Below, piece by piece: positions 55,090-64,000 of a stretch of 64,000 nucleotides of DNA. The notes under the pieces are model-generated. The model saw only the letters and a program-made list of their open reading frames with translations, had not been told where the DNA came from and made no database searches. The DNA is taken from the NCBI GenBank assembly GCA_951406725.2, contig OX597830.1:23994001-24058000 (forward strand), written 5' to 3'. Made by a program: the position numbers and the translations under genes. Numbering within the stretch: position 1 is the stretch's first letter; each line of letters starts with the position of its first letter. This DNA comes from Octopus vulgaris (taxonomy: Eukaryota).

Positions 55090-55854
55090 GCTGTTGCTTT
55101 TCATTTTTTATCACGTTCAGGTAGACAAAGTGTCGTCTGTTGTGAAGGCGGTTCAATGAATTATTGAAAATAAGGGAAACAATACATTACTAAGTTATGA
55201 AAGATGAATGAAATAAAGTGCTATTTGGTGTAATTAAGGTACGGCGTTTTGTGAAAGAGAGATTAGATACGGTATTAGAAAAGATGAACGAGATAATACA
55301 GTTTTATGCGATATAGAAGATATATGATGTTACTTAACATAAGCAAGGCGCGGTATTGTGTAAGATAAACGAGAAACAGTGTCCTATCAGTTAAACGAAG
55401 TGTGGTGTTTAGTGAAATCAATGAGAAAAATATGATCGGGTGGTAGACAATACAAAATACGGTTGCAGGGAACGATTTTATGTAATAGAAAAGAACGGAG
55501 AAAAGTAAAATAAAATAAAATAAATAATATATAAATGGGTAACAAAAAGAACTATGGTAAATTACGTGGTAAATTAAATGGGGATATGAGAAATTGGGTT
55601 TCAAAATTGGGATAATGATTTGAAATAATAGAATGTTTACATCAGGGGTGGGGAAACTTTTTACTGCAGCGGGCACAAATTTCGAAAGAAAAAGGTCTGC
55701 GGGAGAGACACAAGTCCTAACTCTTATATCTGTGTAAATCTTTTATATATCTATGTGTAATTCGATATACATTAATAAAGATAAGTTTAACTCATTAAAT
55801 TAACGCGAAACGTCATTAACGCCGCCACTGAATTTAAGACGTTTATATTACTTA

Positions 55855-56248
55855 CTAGCAGTATCGCCCAGCGTTGCTCGGGTTTGTAAGGGAAATAACT
55901 ATATAAGCATTTTTAGAGATGTAAAGTATAATAGCCATCTCAATATGGCTAACCACAAAGAGGGGTGTTACTGTAGCTTTTTACGTTCTGAGATTTAATA
56001 ATAAATTTTTAGAGAGTTATTTCCCTTATATATGCCAAAAATGCATTAAAATGGGAAAAATTGATGGTAATTTTTTTTTTAAACCGTAGACTCATCGTAG
56101 ACGCGCGCTAATACCCAGAAGGGCTCGATATGAATCACGACTATAAGATATCCGGTTTTGGTTAAACTGCACCGCAAAATGTGGGAGTAGTTAGGAATCG
56201 AAATCGTAGGAGACAGACAGCACACAACCTTACTTTTATATATAAAGA
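55855..56248 (-). mobile_element. Non-autonomous Helitron (394 bp)
   Basis: Minus strand starts TCTTTATATATAAAAG, ends with a cccgagcaacgctggg hairpin and CTAG, and sits between host A and T with no TSD. Confidence 0.9.
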
Positions 56249-56329
56249 TGAGGTATTGTTTATTCTTCAGCTAGAGAGTTGTTAGGTTTCAAGGGAGTGG
56301 TGCAAACATAATATGTGTTTTATAAATAA

Positions 56330-56520
56330 ATAAATGTTCCTTCTCGGGCCATGCCAGGTTCATAGTGGCTGGTTTCCCGGTTTCAGTGGCGTAGAAATTC
56401 CCCACCTTGACGGGGTGCCGGTCTGACGAAGGATTACTCATTTTTGCCAGCTGAGTGGACTGGAGCAACGTGAAAAGGAAGTGTTTTCCTCAAGAACACA
56501 ACACATCGCCCGGTCCAGGA
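56330..56520 (-). mobile_element. SINE body nested in the hAT element
   Basis: Reverse complement of ttgctccagtccactcagctggcaaaaatgagt core and gaaaccgggaaacc tail. Confidence 0.8.
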
Positions 56521-56839
56521 AATGTGTTTTATGGTGATAACAAAATTTCTATTCGAGTCTGACGGTTTAAAGTCGTAGTGGAAACGTGACCTAAGTCGCA
56601 AATAAACCTACGAATATTATATAAATTCTATAATAGAAAAATTTACTATATTTTGTATATACAAGTATATCAGCCTGTGGGCGCAATTAAATGGTCGCGC
56701 GGGCGCAATTGTGCCCGCGAGCAAGGTTTTCCCCACGCCTGGTTTACATATTAGTTACCAGATATTTGATGTTATTTTTTAAATATTTTCCCCGGAATGT
56801 GAAAAATAAACAAGCAAAAAAAAAACCCCTGAAAAACAA

Positions 56840-57254
56840 AGGCGGTGCCCTGGAAAATGCGTACCAGCATTTCGTCCGTCTTGACGTTCTGAGTTCAATT
56901 TCCGCTGAGGTCGCCTTTGAATTTTATCCTTTCGGGATCAATAAAATAAATACCAGTTCAGCACTAGGGTCTATGTAATTGACTTACCCTTACCTCCAGA
57001 TTTGCTGGCCTTGTGCCAAAATTTGGAACTAATATTTAACCAGCATAAAGGTGGTGAACCAGCAGAATCGTTACCACGCCGGAAAAATGCTTAGTGGCGT
57101 CACTTCCGGCTCTTTACGTTCTAAGTTCAAATGCCAACGAGACTGACTTTGCCTTTCATCAATAGAATAAGTACCAGTTGAATACTGGGTTCGATGTAAT
57201 CGACTTATCCCCTCCTCCGAAATTGCTGGCCTTGGGCCAAAATTTGAAACCAAT
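56840..57254 (+). mobile_element. Two tandem SINE family B copies (56840-57032, 57050-57254)
   Basis: Each has acgttct.agttcaa, a cctttcat/ttatcctttcgg core and a ttgctggccttg.gccaaaatttg tail. Confidence 0.88.
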
Positions 57255-57269
57255 ATTTTCCCGGCAAAT

Positions 57270-57800
57270 GCAGAAGATAACTCAGAGAGTATTTCAGAGT
57301 TTTGAGCTTCATCAGTGAAAATGTTTCCCCGTAATTTGCCGAAGTGATGGGAAGCAAATCACAAGCTAATTATCTTATTTTACGATCTTCATGAAGTGTT
57401 TCAGATTATGTTGCCGGCATAGATCATTAATGATTTCCTAGAGCTATAGATTTCACATTTACGATGATTAGATATTTCCCGGTACTGATGAAACAGGAAT
57501 AATTAAAATACAATTATTCTAATCAAAATGCAATTAAAATAGAAAATACATTTTGATCACGTGATAGGCTGTTCAAGGCTGCGGGTGAAGTGGATTTAAT
57601 CGTGTACCGTATACATAACAGTGTTTTTTTTATCTTGTATGGGTGCGTTAAGGATGGTGTGGTAAAATTGTTTGAAATTTCATTTTAAGATTCATAGAGG
57701 AGACTCGGTGTAGCCTGTCAGGTTTTGATATAATGACAAACACATCTACACTATGTAACCTACGCAACGGGTTCTATATCGCAAAAAAGCTTGAAATCTT
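57270..57800 (-). pseudogene. Possible highly decayed Penelope-like 3' end with degenerate hammerhead
   Basis: Minus: GYTES- and CRQH-like remnants followed by CTGATGAAG...GAAAT at about 57290-57320. Confidence 0.35.
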
Positions 57801-57879
57801 TTATCACTATATATGCACGTACGTGTATGTATACATACATATATACATGCATACATACAAACACACACATATATATATT

Positions 57880-58158
57880 AAGGCACATGGCCTAGTGGTT
57901 AGAGCAGCGGACTCGCGGTCGAGGGATCGCGGATTCGAATCTCGATGTGTGTGTTTATAGGCGAAACACCTAAGATCCACGCGGCTCCGGCAGAAGGTAA
58001 TGGCGAACTTCGCAACAACTTTCTCTCACTCTTTCCTCCTGCATCTTGCAGCTCACCTGCGACGGACCGGCGTCCCGTCCAGTTGGGGAACCTATACGCC
58101 AAGGAAACCGGGAAACCGGTCCTATGAGCCAGGTGTGGCTCGAGAAGGAACAAACAAC
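57880..58158 (+). mobile_element. SINE family C, alternative-tail variant
   Basis: Closely matches 13395-13693. Confidence 0.9.
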
Positions 58159-58414
58159 ATATCATTTAATAACAGCTTCCTTCGGCTCCATGAAGCTTAA
58201 ATTTTCGTTGGCTCGTCAGACGAAACTCACTCGTACGGTTTATACGAGTTTGTTTACTTAAGTAGCCAGCCAGCAGACAGGGAGATCCAGTTGTCAACAT
58301 TTGAGGCCGATGGGTTTCCAGAATTTTGGTAGAATTTAAAATTTATAATAACCATGAAGGCAAAATACAACCGGCTGTTGTGGAAACCAGCTGTCCCCGG
58401 TCAGAAAAATACAG

Positions 58415-58712
58415 TTGACCTGCCTCTTTATGAGAGCTCAAAATCTCTCGTGGAAGCGTCATCCAACCAAAGTACAAATATATGGGAAACTACCACCTGT
58501 ATCATCTCTTGTGAAAGGCGGAAAAGTCCAGTTTGCTGGTAATTTCTACTATTCTCGTCTGGAAGCCATCTGCTCGCGATACCAGAGGGCGCACACTCTC
58601 CTACCCTGATGTAATCTCCAGGGACACAGGCATCCAGCAACAGGACCTCCGTAATGTTATGATGGACCATGAAGTCTGGCGTAACATAGTAAATTCCATT
58701 GTCAATGATGAT
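58415..58712 (+). mobile_element. 3' fragment of an RTE/RTE-X-type LINE
   Basis: NLSWKRHPTKVQIYGKLPPVSSLVK...QFAG, then ILVWKPS..DTRGR.LSYPDVISRDTG...MMDHEVWRNIV, ending (TGA)n. Confidence 0.8.
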
Positions 58713-59206
58713 GAAGGAGTTTCCGAATCCAGTACTTTCAGTTCCAAACCTATTATTCTTGAAGTAACATGATATGTAACAATCCGAGAGGAGCAAAGCG
58801 TGGCTGACGTTCGGCTCGTTGCGGAGAGAAAGCAACTCTTCAATTTATTGGTTACCAACGATGATGATATCTGTGACAGTATGAGTCTGCAAGACTTCCT
58901 TATCGCTTAAAGGATGGTACTTGAAACAAGATGCTTTCCTTCACAACCTTCCTAACAAGCAATTAGCTGATCAAAATTAACTCTAATAAACGAAAACGAA
59001 TATATGCATACATGTATGCATTTACTCATTCGCACCTAAGTTCCTACCTGCCTACTTACACACATTAATTAAAATACATACATACAGATATACATACATA
59101 GATACATAGATACATAGATACATATATAATTACATCCAAACATACAGATATAGATACATAGATACATACATACATACATACATACATACATACATACATA
59201 CATACA

Positions 59207-59238
<32 letters not shown>

Positions 59239-59275
59239 CATACATACATACATACATACTTACATACATACATAC

Positions 59276-59306
<31 letters not shown>

Positions 59307-59343
59307 CATGCATACATACATACTTACATACATACATACACAC

Positions 59344-59374
<31 letters not shown>

Positions 59375-59422
59375 CATACATACATACATACATACATGCA
59401 TACATACATACTTTCATACATA

Positions 59423-59957
59423 CTAGGCAGTGGCTCTCATGGCTTCTGATCTTAACTGATTGGAAGTGTTATCATGTACATTGTTTTGTCTTAGTGTAAA
59501 AAATGGGCTACAACAAATATTCTGCTCAATACCACAGATTTGCTTGTCAGTTGTTTGACCTTAACTAGTTGACCATGTCCCTTAGTGGCTGACGATATGT
59601 GCATCTCTGATCACGAGCAGAAGTTGTGGGGGAGCATCATAGCCATGTGTTGAGAGGAATTATTTGGGGTTTGGATAATTCACTTTGGAAACATGGGTGT
59701 TTTGTTCATCATCCTTAAAGAACCCTTATTCAGGGACCTTGTGAGTGGGATAGGCTACTCGACCAGAAGAAATTCTAACTGGGCCCCACCTACAAGGTCA
59801 TGCGCTGTTTATCTGGATATGAGATCACCATGTCGCGCACATATGGTTATGATGTATGTGCCTGGTGTACCCTTATCAGATGGGTAGTCATGATGGGTAT
59901 ACTGGGCTTCGTATATTTTACCCCAGTGTCATTTTGATGGCATACACTTTTCTCTCA
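59423..59957. mobile_element. Third, more diverged copy of the about 580-bp repeat
   Basis: Aligns to 27600-28135. Confidence 0.88.
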
Positions 59958-60660
59958 TACATGATAGAAGCATAATTATATTCTGCAATTGACATTTGTT
60001 TCTATCTTAGGAAACAACTCATATCTTTTTGGGAGAATACTAGTAAATAAAAAAATGCAAATGAAGTTATACTTACATGCATACATATGTACAATTAGAT
60101 TTACACACACACACGCACACACTCACACACATGCGCGCGCACACACGCATTCACACACGCATTCACACACACACGCACACACTCACACACATACTCACAG
60201 GCATGCACCTATCAACATATCCTTCGCACATCGATATACACACAAGTATATATGCATACGTAAACATACCATACACACAAACCACAGTTATACATACATA
60301 CAATCACACACACACACACACACACACACGAAGATACATAGTCAGTAAGACCTCTCCCTTAGTTTCCACACCTCAAATTACATGCCCTTCTCAAATTTTA
60401 CTTCCTCAAGCACCACGACGCTAAAATCTAGGCCCAACAGTTAATGGGGTCAACTCTTATCGTCACTAGCTAGATTTGACCTCACAACCTGGAATTAAGA
60501 AAATACGTAAGTTTTCTCTGGCAGCGTGTCATATATACACTCTCTTATCAATATGGCGTATTTTACACAGTCTTATCATTAAGAGAATTGTCGTGTATAT
60601 ATATAGTGTGGGTGTATGTTCGCATTTCAGAGTGTGCATATATGTGTGTGTGTGTGTGTT

Positions 60661-60709
<49 letters not shown>

Positions 60710-60929
60710 CTATGTATGCATATGCATATGTACTTATGGAAGTGCGCGTTTGTGTTTTTATATCAGTGAAAATGTATTGCGTTATATGAGCACTGAAACA
60801 CATACACACACACAAACACATACAACTACAGCCACGCATATGTCTGTAAACAGATACTCACACTCATACACACATCATCATCATCATCATCGAAGTCGTC
60901 GTCGCCGTCGTCATCATCATCATCACGAT

Positions 60930-60979
<50 letters not shown>

Positions 60980-61194
60980 TCATCTGTATGCGTGTGAATT
61001 TGCGTCGTTATTTCTCTCCCATCATTGCTTGACAACCGGTGTTGGTGTGTTTACGTTCCCGTAAATTATCGGTTCGGGAAAAGACACTGATGGAATAAAT
61101 CCCAGGCTTTAAAGAAGCAAAGTCCTGGATTCGCTTCATTCGTCTAAAATCCGACTAAAAGAAGGCAAATGATATGTGAGGGTGCATATATATA

Positions 61195-61369
61195 CAGTCC
61201 TCCCCCACCATATCGCGGTTCACCTAACGCGCACTCAGTACAAATTTATACCACGGACTCCTCAGTATGTTCGGGGTCGTGCGGCCGATAGGTATTTATA
61301 TTTTTCTAGATTTTAATTATTTCTGTGAGAAGTTTTGGAACGTAACACCCGCGATAATTGAAGGATTAC

Positions 61370-61371
<2 letters not shown>
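61195..61371. mobile_element. Tigger/pogo-like MITE (177 bp)
   Basis: Imperfect TIRs cagtcctcccccaccatatcgcgg / cagtaatccttcaattatcgcgg; TA left, TG right. Confidence 0.65.
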
Positions 61372-61406
<35 letters not shown>

Positions 61407-61767
61407 TACCTTTATCTCATGTCGGCCACTTGATAAAATCGATATTTAAATATCGATATTATCCTTCTTTATAAATATATATAATTCGTCATTGTATTCA
61501 CTGCGGTGTTTATTTTGACCATATCGCGCTTTGAGATGTTTGGCGGGCAATTTAACCTGGTCTTGTACATACGTGCATATATATGTATGTATGGGCGTTC
61601 GTATACGTAAGTATAACGTATGTTTTGTATATATATATATATCTGTATTTATGTGCCTATCTGGTATATTCAACTGAAGAAGGCAGAGCTTCTCTGAAGC
61701 AAAGCCAGAAATCCAGGATCTTGAATTATCCAGTAACACACACACACATACATACATTCATACACGC

Positions 61768-61798
<31 letters not shown>

Positions 61799-61910
61799 CA
61801 TACATATATATATACATATATATATATACATGTATATAATAAATACATATACACATATATATATACATATATATATATATACATATATAAATATATATAT
61901 ATACACACAC

Positions 61911-61963
<53 letters not shown>

Positions 61964-62389
61964 CATATATGCATATACATATATATACAGGCAGAATAAG
62001 ATATATACATACATAGAAGAGAGAGTGAGAGAGAAAGAGAGAGAGAGAAGATTAATATAGACAGCAGGCTGCAGTGTTTTATCAAAAGTCCTACAAATGA
62101 CTAGGGTGTTAGAAACACCTACATTGCTAGAAATAAGAGCTAAAATGCTCTAATGCTGTTGTCAAAGCACATGATTGTATAAGTACCCACACACACATAC
62201 ATACACATATGCATATAGAATATGAGGAGTTTAGTTCGCTGGTAATCTAAACGAATAACTACGGCTCCAATTTCACAGCTTTATTCTCCTGTCTGTATTC
62301 TTCTATCTACTTTTACTCTTTATTCTTCTATTTTATTCTTTATAAACTGTGAACTTCCCTGTCTAGAACTTCTCATACATAGTCAGATT

Positions 62390-62465
62390 GTCTCTGGTGA
62401 TGGAATACCCAGTGTACGAATATGCTAGCCTGTCACTTGGGACATCCCAGAAACAGCTGTAAGAC
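62390..62465 (+). ncRNA. Type I hammerhead ribozyme motif in a Penelope-like repeat (core A6G)
   Basis: gtct-CTGGTGA-[long stem II tgga..cccagtg / cacttggg..tccca]-GAAAC-AGCT-GTA-agac; stem I gtct/agac; palindromic stem III ACAGCTGT. Confidence 0.7.
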
Positions 62466-62589
62466 TTCAAATTCACCTTGCTCTAACTAAATTATAATAA
62501 ATGACTTAAGATACTCGTCCTACGTTGGTTTTTGTTCTAGTTTTCCTATAATACACACATACACACATTTATATAGTAAATTCACCCCC

Positions 62590-62778
62590 CACTGCAAAAA
62601 AAAAAAAAACGAGGGACAAACACGAAAAAACAACAACACAAGGACGTGGTACATGTATAGTATTAGCAGACGCTCAGGAAAGGAAAGAAAGGTGGTTTAA
62701 CGTTTCAAGCAAAGCACTGCTTCAGAAACAGTGGAAAGACCAATAGAAAAGGAAGACGGAGGGAAGAAAATCACCATA
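62590..62778 (-). mobile_element. Penelope-like terminal-repeat fragment (family 2) with decayed hammerhead
   Basis: 62695-62729 minus: gttt-CTGAAGC-a-gtgctttgctt-GAAAC-GTT-aaac. Confidence 0.68.
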
Positions 62779-62786
62779 TGTATATA

Positions 62787-62881
<95 letters not shown>

Positions 62882-63029
62882 GTGTATGTATGTATGTATA
62901 TGACTGGAGCAAACCAAACACCCTACCCCACATAATTAAAGCACACTAATGTATAAGCGCGTATGCAAAAATCAGGACATGAAATGATGTAAGATAATTA
63001 TTTTAAAAATCAAAATGCAGTATTCTGTT

Positions 63030-63447
63030 ATTCTTTTATTCTTTTGCTTGTTCCTGTCATTTGACTGCGTCCGTGCTGGAGCACCGCTTTTTAGTCGAAC
63101 ATATCAACTCCAGCACTTACTCTGTGTAAGCCTTGTACTTATTATATGGGTTTATTTTGCCGAACCGCTAACTTACGGGGACGTAGACACACCAACATCT
63201 ATTGTCAAGCGATGGTGCGGGGACGAACACACACACGCACACATATACGACAGGCTTCTTTCAGTTTCCATCTACCAAATTCACTCACAAGGCTTTGTTT
63301 GGCCCGAGTCTATAGTAGAAGGCACTTGCCCGAGGTGCCACGCAGTGAGACTGAACCCGGAACAGTGAGACTGAACTGAGAGTGAATAGTGAGACTGAAC
63401 ATGTGGTTGGTAAGCAAGCGACTTACCACACATCCACTCCTGTGCCT
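63030..63447 (-). mobile_element. SINE family A
   Basis: Head, short spacer and tail; B-box region locally triplicated. Confidence 0.88.
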
Positions 63448-63532
63448 GGAGCCAGTAAATTTTCTATTTAAAACTGCCAATTTTAAACACCATCCTTCTC
63501 TCCCTCTCTGTCCATCTTCCCCCTCTCTAACT

Positions 63533-63630
63533 CCCTCTCTGATGAAAGTCTTAGGAGACTAGAATCTAGCCAGATGTAAAACACTTCTTTCTGTCCATAA
63601 AATCTATGAGGCAAACTATTTTGTTTACTT
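63533..63630 (+). mobile_element. Degenerate hammerhead / Penelope-like repeat remnant
   Basis: ctct-CTGATGA-a-AGTCT-tagg-AGACT-a-GAAT-CTAG-cc-agat. Confidence 0.45.
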
Positions 63631-63736
63631 ATTGCAGCTTGACTAATATTGTATGCTTATAAGGAAGAAAAAAAAACAGTTATACAGTATTACATCATAT
63701 TTCATATAATAGTAAAACGCCGCGAAATGCAATAAC

Positions 63737-63790
<54 letters not shown>

Positions 63791-63885
63791 GTGATCATGA
63801 TGTTGACAGCAACGCCAATGATGATATACGTGTGTGTCTGTGTGTGTCTATATCTGTATATACTCATATGCATGCACCATGCGTA

Positions 63886-63939
<54 letters not shown>

Positions 63940-64000
63940 AATGAGCATCTATGTATTTATATATTTATATGTGTCTACATGTACGTATTAATGGGCGAGT

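Larger units (their letters stand above)
55643..56741. mobile_element. Non-autonomous hAT (Buster/Charlie-type) element with nested insertions
   Basis: TIRs caggggtggggaaa / caggcgtggggaaa; perfect 8-bp TSD GTTTACAT at 55635-55642 and 56742-56749 (nnnTAnnn). Confidence 0.92.

Overview
AT-rich, microsatellite-saturated eukaryotic DNA with no recognisable host protein-coding gene. Almost all ORFs in the supplied track are translations of simple repeats. The repeat content most resembles an octopus/coleoid cephalopod intergenic or intronic region (inference). DNA elements: a full-length decayed mariner (7685-8969), a second decayed mariner (36358-37918), a full-length decayed Tc1-like element with DD36E spacing (42963-44235), a hAT MITE with an 8-bp TSD carrying a nested Helitron, and a Tigger-like MITE. 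Retroelements: 3' fragments of Tx1-, R4/Dong-like (RLE), RTE- and CR1-type LINEs, many Penelope-like remnants with minimal hammerhead motifs, and about 30 tRNA-derived SINE copies in a few modular families. The most notable signals are two SINE/LINE 3'-tail partnerships visible inside the window, LINE families each sitting in a different microsatellite, repeated non-canonical hammerhead cores, a near-identical inverted copy of local DNA at a LINE 5' junction, and a hairpin-rich 735-bp element of unknown class. Family letters A-D are my own labels. All alignments were done by eye, so boundaries of decayed elements are approximate.
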